Source: Macrostomum lignano (Eukaryota). From it: a stretch of 64,000 nucleotides of DNA. Position 1 is the stretch's first letter. Each line of letters starts with the position of its first letter. Both the position numbers and the translations under genes were made by a program. Below the pieces are notes generated by a model. That model was not told the DNA's origin. It searched no databases and saw only the letters and a program-made list of their open reading frames with translations. The stretch is taken from contig NIVC01000974.1 of assembly GCA_002269645.1 (NCBI GenBank), forward strand, positions 62,001 through 126,000, in the 5' to 3' direction. Below are positions 38,850-52,003 of this stretch, piece after piece.

Positions 38850-39360
38850 GGTTGGAGGGGGGTTGGTTATCAGCCAATCAGAAGGCTAGACTGGATGTTA
38901 CGTTGGGTGTCAGCCAATCAGAAGACTGGCTAGATATGGGGTTGGCTATCAGCCAGTCAGAATTCTGGGCTAGATATGGAGTTGGCTATCAGCCAATCGG
39001 GAGGCTTGGCTAGATATGGGGTTGGCTATCAGCCAATCAGGAGGCTTGGCTAGATATGGGGTTGGCTATTAACCAATCAGAATTCTGGGCTAGATATGGA
39101 GTTGGCTATCAGCCAATCGGGAGGCTTGGCTAGATATGGGGTTGGCTATCAGCCAATCAGAATTCTGGGCTAGATATGGGGTTGGCTATTAACCAATCAG
39201 GAGGCTTGGCTAGATATGGGGTTGGCTATTAACCAATCAGGAGACTGGCTAGATATGGGGTTGGCTATCAGCCAATCAGTATTCTGGGCTAGATATGGGG
39301 TTGGCTATCAGCGAATCAGGAAGCTGGACTGAATGTGGGGGTTGGTGTTTGCCAATCAGA
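38850..39360. repeat. Tandem array, 40 bp, containing CCAAT, just 3' of the VPS54 stop
   Basis: GGCTAGATATGGGGTTGGCTATCAGCCAATCAGAATTCTG. Confidence 0.93.
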
Positions 39361-39954
39361 AAAGGTTGACTATGAGCCCATCATGAAAGAAACCGATAGG
39401 TATAGTGGCCCAGCAGCTAATCAAGTAACTGTGGTATAACGTAATCGGATTTTAAGCTATGAATCAATAATACTCGTAGCTTGTCACCGTTTTTTTTTGA
39501 AAGTCAAAAAAGATTCCTGACTTTAACCCTGCATAGTAGCGAGTACTTTTCAATTGTATTACTTTGATTCTCAGATCGGATGCAATTCCAGTTTTTAGTG
39601 GATCAAATTTGCTGTATGTACTTTTACCCGAATGGCTAATACAAGGTTGTTGTTGGTTTTGTTTCTTTTTGTCACTCGACTTGTCTTACACTTTCGAATA
39701 TTAATTGTGCTGGCTCTGTGGCCAACCTAGATTGACTGTCCTCTGTTACCTATAGATTTCTAGTTGCTATTTCTAAATCTGCTGCTGCATTGCTTGCTTG
39801 TTATGGTGACTGTGCAAAAATAGTAGATCAATAGATTTCGCTTCACATTATTGATGCTCATTGCGTTCCAGCTTGTAGTAAGTTGTAGTATTGCTTCTTT
39901 TTTATGCAGTCAATTGAAAATTGGTCAGTTGCGAAGTCGAATTTAAATTCTAAG

Positions 39955-40660
39955 AAATGTGACATTGGGGATTGTGAAGTCTAGGTGGAAGTGTGACATT
40001 GGGGAGTGTGAAGTCTAGGTGGAAGTGTGACATTGGGGAGTGTGAAGTCTAGGTGGAAGTGTGACATTGGGGAGTGTGAAGTCTAGGTGAAAGTGTGACA
40101 TTAAAAATGTGAAGTCTAGATGAAATTGTGACATTAAAAATGTGAAGTCTAGATGAAATTGTGACATTAAAAATGTGAAGTCTAGATGAAATTGTGACAT
40201 TAAATAATGTGAAGTCTAGGTGGAAGTGTGACATTAAATAATGTGAAGTCTAGGTGGAAGTGTGACATTAAATAATGTGAAGTCTAGGTGGAAGTGTGAC
40301 ATTAAATAATGTGAAGTCTAGATGAAATTGTGACATTAAAAATGTGAAGTCTAGATGAAATTGTGACATTAAAAATGTGAAGTCTAGATGAAATTGTGAC
40401 ATTAAAAATGTGAAGTCTAGATGAAATTGTGACATTAAAAATGTGAAGTCTAGATGAAATTGTGACATTAAAAATGTGAAGTCTAGATGAAATTGTGACA
40501 TTAAAAATGTGAAGTCTAGATGAAATTGTGACATTAAATAATGTGAAGTCTAGGTGGAAGTGTGACATTAAATAATGTGAAGTCTAGGTGGAAGTGTGAA
40601 GTCTAGGTAGAAGTGTGACATTGGGGATGGTGAACTCTAGGTGGAAGTGTGACATTAAAG
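39955..40660. repeat. Tandem array, 33 bp
   Basis: TGTGACATTAAAAATGTGAAGTCTAGATGAAAT variants. Confidence 0.95.
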
Positions 40661-40864
40661 AATGTAAATTCCTGCTTGATTTTGCGGGCAAGACTGCTTA
40701 AGAAATGGCCCATTCTCTGCCCGATATCGGGCTGGGCCATAGACGAAGCCGAAACGATTGTATTGTATTGCAACATTACAAAGAGGACAACAGTAACGAT
40801 TTAATATAGTCTTGTGGTGCAACCCACGCCGTCTTTACAGTACATGGCGTTCAGATGTACTCAC

Positions 40865-41236
40865 TTATAGGAAAAATAGAACACGGGATTCAGGAAGATT
40901 CTCGGTGCGCAAAAACTTCTTGAATTTCGCCACACACTGTCTTGTTTTTGCTTCGGTAGAGACGACGCGTGAGGCATTCTCCACATCCAAATTAGCGCTC
41001 ACTTCATCACTTGTTAGCTCCCGGAGTTGATTGTCGTTGCTCGCTTCAGCAGAAAGATCGTTTACTAGATCATCCAACAGGCCGTTGTCGAGCGCCTTGC
41101 TGACTCCAATTCCAGGCACAGGCAAGCCAGTGTACTGATTGAACATTCGCCCACGGCCACGGAGTTGGCATACAAAGTCGATTTCTTCACGCTGCAACCC
41201 AGAAATCTCGCCTCCTATACAGGAGTAGTCTATCAT
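40865..41236 (-). other. 123-aa ORF or exon, possibly the N-terminal part of a Crypton/DUF3504-type recombinase-related protein
   Basis: Coding-like composition. RELTSDEVSANLDVENASRVVSTEAKTRQCVAKFKKFL resembles my recollection of DUF3504-family N-terminal helices. No catalytic domain is visible. Confidence 0.3.
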
Positions 41237-41892
41237 GTGCTCAGAACGCTCGGGTCAGGAGTTAATGAAATTCAGTTTTAATAAAAAGTTAGACTAATTA
41301 CGAGCTTATTACTTTGTCAGTCGCTCTTTTAGGCTCAGAGCTAAAATGAAATACAGTTTGCATTTTGTGCCATAGACAAATTCCATTTTCTTGCGGGCCG
41401 AGAATCAGGACTTGCACTGAACTTAGACTGAAGCAAATGTCGCGCACAGGATTCTGCTCCCTCACTCCGATTTGTTGCTGCTAGAGCACAGACGCCATTC
41501 CAATTGCTTTGGCTCTCTGCCGCTTTCCATCTAGGTATTCCTAATTGAATTGTGCTCTCCTCTTTGTCAGTTATCTGGGACTGGCTGCTGTATAAAACTA
41601 AACCAATGCTCCTGCCCCATTTCCTATGTTGCCGGATATTTGCTGTTTGTTTTGAGATTTATGCATTCATTCAGTTATAGCTCGTAATGCTTATTGTAAT
41701 GCCGAAAAAACATATATATATATTAGGTCTGATAATTATATGATGTTAATGATTCACTAATTTATTCTTTCACTTGTCAGTACATGAAACATTTCCGAGT
41801 AATTTTGTCGTTTGTATGGCTTCTGTTTTTTGTTCCTGATCAAGGCCTGCATTGTAAGCTGGGCTGACATCCGTGTGGATTTAGTGTCTTAA

Positions 41893-41958
41893 CCATGGAG
41901 GAAAGAATAAAATATAACTGGCTCAGATTAGCACTCCATTCTATTCTTTCCTCCATGG
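41893..41958. mobile_element. 66-bp mini-TIR (hairpin) element
   Basis: 17-bp perfect inverted repeat CCATGGAGGAAAGAATA / TATTCTTTCCTCCATGG with TCTTAA duplicated on both sides. Confidence 0.65.
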
Positions 41959-42385
41959 TCTTAAAACCTTAGTAGAGTATAGTGGTGTTGCGCAACACTT
42001 CAGGCGCAGCTTTGTTAAGACACTCTTTGTTGTTGCTTTTGATAGAAGGGAGAATGTTTATCTTTTCTCCAAGAAACGTAGTTTCCCGTCCTTCTACTCT
42101 TAGAGAATATCTAGCTAAATGTTTGTCACTGTGACAACTACACACTATACTACCTACAGTAAAGTGGATTGGCTTTATTTATCCATTAATAAAAGGGCGA
42201 GAGTTGTAGCAGTGCGAAATTTAGTCTATGGTGCAACCAGAGTCTTCGAATCCCGCTGCCAGCTTTGTGCATGAACCTGTTCCAAATGCAAGCTTAGCAG
42301 AAATTCTAGCTACTAAGAGTTGATCGGTCAAACTTATTGCAACCACTGAGCCAGTTGGTTATCGCACTGACTTGCCCGTGCCAGC

Positions 42386-43297
42386 ATGTCGGTCCATTCC
42401 CATGAGGCAGCCAGCGACGAAACGGATCGCCTATGCGATGATACGATTGAACTGATCGGCTCATTCGGCCGAATGCTGGCTAAAGCCAGGGCGGCCAGGA
42501 CGGCTGCTGCAGCCAGCCCCGCCTGTCCGTGCGGTCGGAGCGTCGAGAGGCACCAGCAGAATCATAATCCGCGGCCGCGACGGGCCGTCAGCAGCAACGC
42601 TAGCAACCTGGACGATGCAAAAAATATTCAGCAGCCAGCTGGCCGGGTGCTGACGTCGCCTAACGAGATTCGACTGCTTCTCCGACTTGAGTCCTGGATC
42701 GGCGACAACGGTACGCTTGTTGTGAAGCCCAGCCTGCACCGGGAGCAGCTGGCGACCATTGAGGGCTGCAACTTTGGCAACAACAGTACGCTGCAGCCAG
42801 CGCAAGGCCAAATCTATAGCGACAGCTTTGAGAACGCCGCCGATGACATTTGTGCCGGCTGCGGTGACGGCTGCGACGGTGACTGCTGCGAAGCCAACGA
42901 GGATGAGCAGCTGGAGTTAGCGCAGGTGGCGCCGGACCCTGTGGAGCAGCCGGCAGAGCATCGTCAGCAGCGCCGACTGCAGAAGTTGCGCAAGGAGACA
43001 CAGCCTCCTCCGGAGCTGTCAGCTGTCAGCATCGTCAAGCCGTCGCGTCAGCAGCTACTGCAGCAACGTCGCGAACGCCTGCAGGCTAAGCGATCGGCGT
43101 CGGCCACCAAAGCAAGCAGCAGCGGCAAGGCTGTCGGCAGCAGCAGAACGCGTCGGGACCTTGCCTCAGTTCCAGCCTCCGACCAGCAGCAACAGCAGTC
43201 ACGTCGAAAGCTGTCGCGCGGCGGTGCGGCAGATTCCACCTCTCTGATCGAGAAGCTGTACCGTCTGCTCAGTGCCGAGATGAAGCAGTCTGGCTAG
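42386..43297 (+). CDS. Intronless orphan protein, 303 aa
   Basis: Uninterrupted GC-rich ORF with composition like the neighbouring exons, preceded by a branch point and acceptor (CTGAC...CCAG|cATG). No recognisable domain. Confidence 0.7.
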   Translation: MSVHSHEAASDETDRLCDDTIELIGSFGRMLAKARAARTAAAASPACPCGRSVERHQQNHNPRPRRAVSSNASNLDDAKNIQQPAGRVLTSPNEIRLLLRLESWIGDNGTLVVKPSLHREQLATIEGCNFGNNSTLQPAQGQIYSDSFENAADDICAGCGDGCDGDCCEANEDEQLELAQVAPDPVEQPAEHRQQRRLQKLRKETQPPPELSAVSIVKPSRQQLLQQRRERLQAKRSASATKASSSGKAVGSSRTRRDLASVPASDQQQQQSRRKLSRGGAADSTSLIEKLYRLLSAEMKQSG

Positions 43298-46025
43298 GCC
43301 GATTCAACAATACAAGCCCCAAGTTGTTTGGAATTTCTGATTCATTTATTTACGGTTGAAGCGAAATCTTTTGACCTCAAAGTTTTTTCATCAGAATTTC
43401 TTTGGCAAAGTGATTTTTTATTTATTTGTATTGAAAACAAGTAAAAGATAAACTGACTCATGCAATAAACGACAATTGGCTAAGCGCCACAAGCTTGCCC
43501 TACGAGTTCAACTCGTGTTCCTTCGCAGCATTCCTGCAGAAAATCGGAGTAAATCGCCCTGTAAATGCGCATATTACGCTCATAGCTAGTTTTTCGATTA
43601 TTTTATTTTTTCTGGGTGTGCATATTTTGTTTTGACGTTAACCGCGTCCAGAACTACAAAAATTAGGGCAGTTAAATGAGTTAATTATCGGGATGCTGCT
43701 GACATGTAGCCTAATTAAGCATTACGTTACTTTGAGACTTACTGCCGAACCAAATTCATTCTCGCGACCTGATGGCGGCAAACGCCAGCTTTCGTCAAAG
43801 CCTCGGTGCACTACCAACGTTTCCTATCGGTCCGTATTGGATACAATATACTCGCTTCGACTGGATTCTGAAATCAACCGACAATGATTAAAGAATATAA
43901 ATAAGAACGTTGCGGTGGGCCGGGAGCGATTCTTCCGGGCACAACATCCTTTACATGCAAGTCATTATTGTGAGTTGCTAAATACGATTTTTTACTTTCA
44001 GTTGTTAGTTTGCTTAGGTATTTGATCGAGGTTTGCTTTCATTTTTGGCGCTATGCTACTCAGCTAGGACCAGAAGATCATATGCACAAGATGGGCCACT
44101 CACTCATTGACCGCTTAGGTGGCCATATATCGAAGCTAATGTAAAAAAATTGTCTCGCGACAGCGCGAAAATCAACTACTGAACTCAATTTCGTCAGTAG
44201 TCTCTGTAGTACATGCACCATTCTTAATTTGATTGAACTTTTTATTTATTAATTCATCTAAAGTTCTATCACATTCTCAAAAATAGCGTCTATGTCCCTA
44301 AAAGCTACTGAACTCAAAATTTAAGCAATCCCATGTCGGTTTTTTTGCACAAGTGACGAAAAACAGCGGTCGCACTTTCCCTATTACCGCCATACATGGC
44401 CTATCCAAGGGAATATAAGATCTATGCTCAGGACTTAGTGTAGTTGAGTGACAGATATTTTTCTTACATTATTGAATACGTTTTTATATGCTCATTTTGA
44501 TTATGGGATTCCTCGTTAAATAAGTGTCTTGAAATTGAAAGATATACTCGTATTTTAAGATTTAAAGAAAAAATATTTCTTTATCTTTTATTATGGCAAA
44601 AGCAAAATATTCTAAGCATTTATCTCTTTTTAAACCACTTTAACCGAGCTGGTCTTAATCCAAATAAGGTCACACGACGACACAATTCGCCGCATTTCGA
44701 GTTACTAACATCAATGCCTCCGGGAAATAGCCATTCTATAAGCAGTTTACAGCTACGATAGGTATTGCTAGGGCTTATACTCGTATATTGCAGTATGTAT
44801 TTGAGAACTGCATAAAAATGTTTAGTTTATGTTTGAAGTAATTTGCGTTTCAAGTTAAGTGAGAGACACTATGCCCGAAAAAACTGAATCCGAGAATTTT
44901 TATCAGCTAGTTCGTTAAGTCCGTTTTTACTCAAGTCAAAGTCTTATGCATCTGTTTTATGCGTTCTGTTTTGCGTTCTGTTTTGTGTTCTGTTTTCTGT
45001 TTTGAACGTTTTATGCGTTCTGTTTTGGTTAAGCTAGAATTATAATTATTTAGATAGTAAACATAGAAAAATTGCTTCAAAAGTTTTTGTCAATCCCCGC
45101 GTTTCTTAAATAATCGGATTTTTTTGCGGCTTTTGCCGTTTTCTAAAATCATTGGGTCAAGGTTCTAAAATATATTTAACCTGTCATTGTTAGAATATGG
45201 CTAATAGCTATATAGGCAATAGACTAAACTATTCAGATGCGTCTAGCACTTAGCTACCAGCATTGCTAAACAGTAGTTTTGTTTATACTATAGATAGGCC
45301 TAGGCTTAGTCCAAAACTAATTATCTATGTACTAGGCCTAACAGAAATTTGATAGCTAGGCCTACTATATACCTACTAGCTGCCACTACTGCTTACTAAG
45401 GCTAGCCTGAGGAAAACTTATTTTTAAAAGAATAATTTCCTTTCCCTTGACTTTTCCAATTTAACAATAATTGTTAATAGCTGCTAGATATTAGCTAGGC
45501 TAGGCCTAACTAAAATATTTATCCAAGTTTAAAGACTAAGACTAGGGCCTAAGGCCAGGGGATTTATATGTACTCTAACTAAGCTAGTTGAGATTAATTT
45601 TATTGATTGAAATAAAAGTAGGCCTAGACTTAAAAAATATTTATTTATTCAAGCCTAAGTCTAAGGTCTAGGACTAGCCTAGTTTTTGGCATTGGGATTG
45701 AGCTAGTCTTTAGTTAGGCCTATGCCGCCTATTTGACCTAGCTAGCTAGCTAAATTATTTTATTGTGCCTAGGCCCTAATAATCTAGCTAGCCTAACCCT
45801 TGCATAGAATCTTAGACTATTTAAAATTAAGAAATATAGATAAATAGTTATATAGACCTAAGCTTTTGAATCAACTTGACCTAGGCTAGGCAGTTAATAT
45901 TTAGGCCTACTTTTATATTCAAACAGTTAATAAATTAAAATCAATAAAAAGACCTTCATAATAAAAAAGATATATTCGGCTTTTATTCAAAGTTTGGTTA
46001 GACTTTAAGGTCAAAAAGCTTTATT

Positions 46026-49000
46026 ATGGCAAAAGCAAAATATTCTGAAGGTAAGTAACCTAGTTTAGCTAATATTAAATATTATATTATTTTTTTGATT
46101 AAGTATATTTTGTGTTATTATAGTTAATACTTAGCTTATTTTTATGAATCATTGGCCTAGCCTATTTTTATAACTTTAACTTTTATAGGCCTTATATAGC
46201 TTTTATGAGATAAGCTTTTTGAGTCTTTGGACTTAAAGACTCAAGCAACAACATTTTTTTATATTGTATATATATTGTAGTTGGGATAATGGGGGCTTAA
46301 GTTAAGATAAATGTTTTATTTTAAATATTAGCCATATGAGGCTGGTGGTATATTGCAACTACAATAAAAAGTTACTAGGCCTATAACTTATAGAAAATTT
46401 ATTTGCTATGGTTTGGATTGGATATAGATAGATTCATAGGCTATTGGAAAATTTGAAATATAGGAATAATTTGGCTACAGTGGAATGCAACTTCCTAATG
46501 CCTCTATATATTTTCCAAGTATAATTGTATTGCTATATTTTTATTAGAAAAATTGTTGTTTATGCCTATCTCAAACATTAAAGTAAGAAAAAGTTTGTAT
46601 GTTATGCTAAAAATAGATTTTACTATTCTTATTTTTATTTTTATTAGCAATAATCTATATTTTTCTAATACTTTAATAGGCCTAGCTTAAAGTTAAAAGC
46701 TAGAATATCAAATTATTTATTGCTTTGAATTGTTAAAATTATACAATTTACACTAGCAAAATTTGAAACAAAAGTGCATTAAATTGCATAACCTACTATT
46801 ATACAAACAGATAACATCAAATATTGCATAAACTGTGTAATATTTAACAAGTAATCGCTCTGTGTTTTTATTAAAACATTATCAAGCAAGTACAATACAA
46901 GTATGTAAGTAGACATTTACAGAAATTGGTTGTAGTTTTTAAATATTTTAGTCTTGTCTCAAACTTCCTCAAAAAGTAAAAAAAAATCATGCACAGTATT
47001 CAATCCTTTGGTGTTTATGGTTACTGTAATGCTACTTAACAAACTAATTATGCATCTCTTCTAAAGATTGCTTCAACTGTCTGTCACTTTTGCTCTTTAG
47101 AAGAAAAAATCCTGTGTTTCCATGGCCCACTTCTCTATGAAGCTAAGGTATGCTGTGCTTTGTTATAATAACATTTGAGGAATATTAACAAAATCACTTT
47201 TCTACCTAATCAATTTGTGTCTTCTATAAAAATGTTAATTCCATTCCAGTGCCTACGAGTGGACTTCAAGGATGGACAGATGAAGTATTTTGTACACTAT
47301 CAGGGTTGGAATAAGAAGTGAGCATTTATTGATTCTTGATTTTTAACTACTCGTACTACTAATGACCGACTGTTAGTAGTGTAGGATAGTAGCATATCAC
47401 GCTCGTACAGCCAATGCCAACCGATGCCCTCAGCTGGGACGAATGGGTAACAGAGGCCCGCATGATGAAGTTTAACGCTGTCGGCCTGCAAAAGCAGAAG
47501 GAGCTGAAAGAAGCCTTCTCCAAGCCGGGCGGTAAAAAGTTGCGCAAAGCGGAACTGCAGCGCCAGTGCTATCCCATGCCGGAGTCGCTGCGCCACCTGG
47601 AGGAGCGAATGCCAGCGGCTTCGTTAACAGCTTCGGCGTCAGTATCCGCCTCAACGTCTGCCGCCTCAGCCGCGTCGGAATTGGAACCGTCGGCGGCGAC
47701 TGCCGCAACCGACTCGTTGGCGATTGCGGCGCAGCCGCCAGTTTTGCATCAGATCGCCGAGCGGCCGCCGGCTGCGACGCCTCCTTCAGCGACGCCTCCG
47801 CTGCCTTCATTGTTGCAGCAGCCAACGGCTGAGGCACAACCGGCCGCCACCAGCGACACTTCTGCTGAATCCCGTCTGCGACCGGCGCCTCTGCCGCTGC
47901 TTCGGGCCAGTCTGCCGTTGACAGAGCGGCTGAGAGACTGGCTGGCTGATGATCAGGTGAGATTTCAGGTCCTCTCCCAGTCCTCTCCCAATCCTCTCCT
48001 AGTCCTCTCCCAGTCCTCTCGCAGTCTTCTGCCAATCCTCTCCCAGTCCTCTCCCAGTCTTCTGCCAATCCTCTCCCAGTCCTCTCCGCTCTCCCAGTCC
48101 TCTCCCAGTCCTCTCCCAGTCCTCTCGCAGTCTTCTGCCAATCCTCTCCCAGTCCTCTCCCAGTCTTCTGCCAATCCTCTCCGCTCTCCCAGTCCTCTCC
48201 GCTCTCCCAGTCCTTTCCCAGTCCTCTCCGCTCTCCCAGTCCTCTCCGCTCTCCCAGTCCTCTCCCAGTCCTCTCCCAATCCTCTCCCAGTCCTCTCCCA
48301 GTCCTCTCCCAATCCTCTCCCAGTCCTCTGCCAGTCCTCTCCCAATCCTCTCCCAGTCCTCTCCCAGTCCTCTCCCAATCCTCTCCCAGTCCTCTGCCAG
48401 TCCTCTCCCAATCCTCTCTCAGTCGTCTCTCCGATCCTGTCCACGGTTTTTTTGCTTCTCCCCTGCCTCCGTCTGTTTGGCAGCAACTATCCAGCTAAAT
48501 ATGAATGTAAAGCAGTTCAAACAGCGCCCCAAGCCTCCCGACCCGCCTCCCCGTCGCCCACACCAGGATCTGGTGCTGAACCAGTGCAAACTGCTGCGCC
48601 TGCCTGTCGGGCCTCGGGCTACTGTGCTGGCCATCGCCGGAGACTATGCCGACTTTGACCCTGCTGCTGAGCAGGCCGGCGCCAACGACTTGGCGACTAG
48701 CAGAACGACTCGCCGCGAGTTCTCAGACGGCCTAGTCGGCCTGTTCAACGCCTGCCTCGGCTGCCGGCTGCTGTACAAGTTCGAGAGGCCGCAGTACGCC
48801 GCCCTGATCCGTTCGCAGCGGTCCGCCCTGCCGGCTGGAGTCTACGGGGCCGCGCACCTGCTGCGCCTCATGGCCTGTCTGCCGGAGCTGCTGCCGCTGG
48901 CCGCGCTGCCAGCCGGGCCAGCCGGCCGCCTACTCGACGAATGCCAGCGCTTTGTGGCGTGAGTGACAATGCATTATTTAGTTTTTAATTTTGAGTTGTA

Positions 49001-49728
49001 GGGCTGTCTTCAAATTACAGTTTCTTTAAGCTATTTTTTGATTCACTGTGTCATTGTGGATTAGCTGTGTGTCATTTTGGGTTAGCTTTGTGTCATTGTG
49101 GATTAGCTGTGTGTCATTGTGGATTAGTATGTGTCATTGTGGATTAGCTGTGTGTCATTGTGGATTAGCTGTGTGTCATTGTGGATTAGCTGTGTGTCAT
49201 TGTGGGTTAGCTGTGTGTCATTGTGGATTAGCAGTGTGTCATTGTGGATTAGCAGTGTGTCAGTTCGCATTAGCAGTGGGCCAATCTGGATTAGCAGTGT
49301 GTCAGTTCGGATTAGCATTGGGCCAATCTGGATTAGCAGTGGGCCAATCTGGATTTGCAGTGTGTCAGTTCGGATTAGCATTGGGCCAATCTGGATTAGC
49401 AGTGTGTCAGTTCGGATTAGCAGTGGGCCAATCTGGATTAGCAGTGTGTCAGTTCGGATTAGCATTGGGCCAATCTGGATTAGCAGTGTGTCAGTTCGGA
49501 TTAGCATTGGGCCAATCTGGATTAGCAGTGTGTCAGTTCGGATTAGCATTGGGCCAATCTGGATTAGCTATGTGCCAAAAGCAACACTTCAGCTTAAAAA
49601 CACTAATTGTTTGAACTCCCATAAACTCCGATTTCAGTTTCCTGGATGAGCGCTTTGACAGCTACCTATCAGTTGACAGCTACGAGGTCGCCCCGCCCGA
49701 CTACCAGCGGCTGGCCCTGTGCATTTGA
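46026..49728 (+). CDS. MORF4L1: MRG15/MORF4L1-family protein (chromo-barrel plus MRG domain), 6 coding exons, about 381 aa
   Basis: Exons 46026-46050, 47101-47147, 47250-47317, 47434-47956, 48567-48958 and 49638-49728 are phase-consistent. Motifs ILCFHGPLLYEAK, YFVHYQGWNKNWDEWV, WLADD, LLYKFERPQY, YGAAHLLRL, YEVAPPDYQR. Confidence 0.92.
47965..48430. repeat. Pyrimidine-rich tandem array, 11/22 bp, MRG15 intron 4
   Basis: CCAGTCCTCTCCCAATCCTCTC. Confidence 0.95.
49040..49570. repeat. Compound array: a 21-bp unit grading into a 42-bp dimeric unit, MRG15 intron 5
   Basis: TGTGTCATTGTGGATTAGCTG, then CAGTGTGTCAGTTCGGATTAGCATTGGGCCAATCTGGATTAG. Confidence 0.95.
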
Positions 49729-49930
49729 CCACCAGTAGGCCGCTGCTTCCGTATTTATGCCAATATTTTTATTTCTAATGTATCTATTAACTGCGTCACC
49801 ACTAGCTTATAAACTCCACGAAGTACCTGTATGTATGATTTATGTAACAGTGCCTGGCATCGCCTGCACTGCTGTTAGTCCATTGTTGCATTGCTCTGTG
49901 TTAATTATTCATCCAAAACAAATGTCAGTT

Positions 49931-50930
49931 TTCGAAGACAAATGTCAGTGATCTCATTTCTCAGCAATCTAGACAAAGTGGCCTGTCATAGCTGATCGAT
50001 ATAACTTGTCACTGATATTTGTTTATGAAAACCCATCGTAGTTGCTTATTTATCCGATTTAAACTGTGACTGTTTGCTCTGAATCCTCGCTTATAATTAT
50101 TATTAAGTTAATATGTGGCGTCCTTTTACACATTGCATTGGTTTAATTGTAAATTATAAATGATAGCCGCTTTGCTGTAGTGGCTTGTTAATGCAACCGC
50201 TTTATACTGTTTGAATTAGTCGGCAAGCAATTGTAAACACTTATTAACTTAAATAAGAGTGGCTTGCGATGTCTTGTTTCTCTTTTATTGTACACTTTGG
50301 TAATGTTAGCGTGACAGGAATCGCCTAGAGTCATTGCAAACAACTCGCTGGTGACTCTAGCAACTGCGTCGACTCTTGTGACTTTTTAACGACTGTAATG
50401 CCACGGAGAGGCGACTGTTGAGTCACGAGTGCATCGCCTGAGTAGTAGAAGTCGCAAAAAGCTGTCCAGGTAGGACCAAATGCGATTCTAATTCATAAAG
50501 TGGCACGAATGCACTTTGGACGCTACTGCGTCGTCATGAATGATGTTGCTATTTGTTCTTTTAAACAAGCTTGACTCAATTAAATTTAGGAGTATTGCAC
50601 TTGATAAACCAAGCATTACTGCAGGGGGACAAAGCCAAGATATAATTCTACACGTACAATCGTACATGTACATTATTTTCAGAATTGGTGTTGTCAGCGC
50701 TCATTTTGGCGCCGCAGACGCTATGCTTTGTCGCTCTGAAGCATGCTTGGGCGCAACCTTGGGATTCATTCGGCCGTTTCTATTGGCAAGACACGTAAGT
50801 CGCTATTCGACGGAATAGTAGTCACGTGACTGTCTCAGCCAATAGCGACTTACATGTATGTGTTGCCAATAGAAACGGCCGGGTGATTCCCAAAGTTGCA
50901 CATGTATGCTCTGAAGCAAAATTATTTATT
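49931..50930. mobile_element. CpG-retaining relative of the 11295-13555 TIR element
   Basis: TTCGAAGACAAATGTCAGTGATCTCATTTCTCAGC matches 11295-11328, and 50830-50920 matches 13418-13500. The right end is not clearly seen. Confidence 0.5.
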
Positions 50931-52003
50931 TCCATAACGTGTCAAAAGGTTGGGCTGGAGGACAAAGCATTGACATGTCCCCCCATCCCCCCGGTGGCGA
51001 CGCCCCTCCCCTTACTCAAGAGATTCTACAGGGACTCCAGCACGCCTCAAAGCGCCCCAGAATCTTTTCAGATTCGTAGGCACTTAAACGTCTCAAATTG
51101 ACTCTGACGACTTGTATCGTGACTTGTCATCGTTTTAGAAGTCGTCTGGTCGGTTTCATCGAGAGCTCAACATTAAAAGCGTCTGGGACTCTTGAGCCAC
51201 GACCCCTGGTTCGATTCCTTTTAAAGAGTCTGGAAAATGAATGAACAAGTCCAGCGCGAGTTGGCATTTCAATCAGGAGGCAGAAAATTAATTTAACGGC
51301 CAGTTTTTGTGCGCGTTTTTATTTTTAGTTGAATTCTTCACTCCCCGGTTTCCTTGGGGAACAAATCTCACAATCAATCCAGCAAGCGCATTAATTGCCT
51401 AAGCTGGTTACTAATAGTAGTCTAATTGAAATGTCGGTAAATAATTTACGGATCAATCAGTTGCGCTCCAATCCATAATATACTCGTATAAGGTAATTTT
51501 GTAAAAGTGAGAAAACAAGGTGTGCAAAAATCAGCACTATATGAATTTGCAGGCACATTTCCGCTACTTCCATTTGTGGCATAGAGATACAATATAATAG
51601 AGGTGTAACAAATAGTGAGTTCTGAGTATTCGCCGGGGGCTGGGCGTCAACCGCGCTGAAGAGTTGACTACGAATAAAGCGAGTTCAAAGTACAGAGGGC
51701 ATCAGTTACCTCAGACTGAAGAATCAGAAAACGGCCTGACGGCTGGCACAGAGACTGACAAGTACATGTAGAACAATGCAGTGCCGATAATGGGAATCAT
51801 TTATATAAGTTTGAAACACATACACTCGGCATACTACTCGCGCTTGATTAATAACACCATCTAAGAATGTTAATCAGTAATATATATTGAAAAAGCGTCA
51901 TAAACTCAATTTATCCCAGATTGGGTTGGAGACAGGCCTATCAATCACAAAACAGATTAGTTTATCAATAGTAGATATGGCAGGAAAATGTCAACATTTT
52001 TCG

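Noticed and set aside
48477-48566. Acceptor at 48483 as the start of MRG15 exon 5
   Set aside because: It gives an immediate stop in the required phase; the acceptor at 48566 restores WLADDQ|DLVLNQ homology.
51180-51225. tRNA-like fragment with GGTTCGATTCC (also TTCGAATCCC at about 42246)
   Set aside because: No cloverleaf or A box; at most a decayed SINE head.
51904-51916. ACTCAATTTAT resembling part of a flatworm spliced leader as I recall it
   Set aside because: Only about 11 nt match, with no following donor or Sm site; it lies in the beta-adaptin 3' region.
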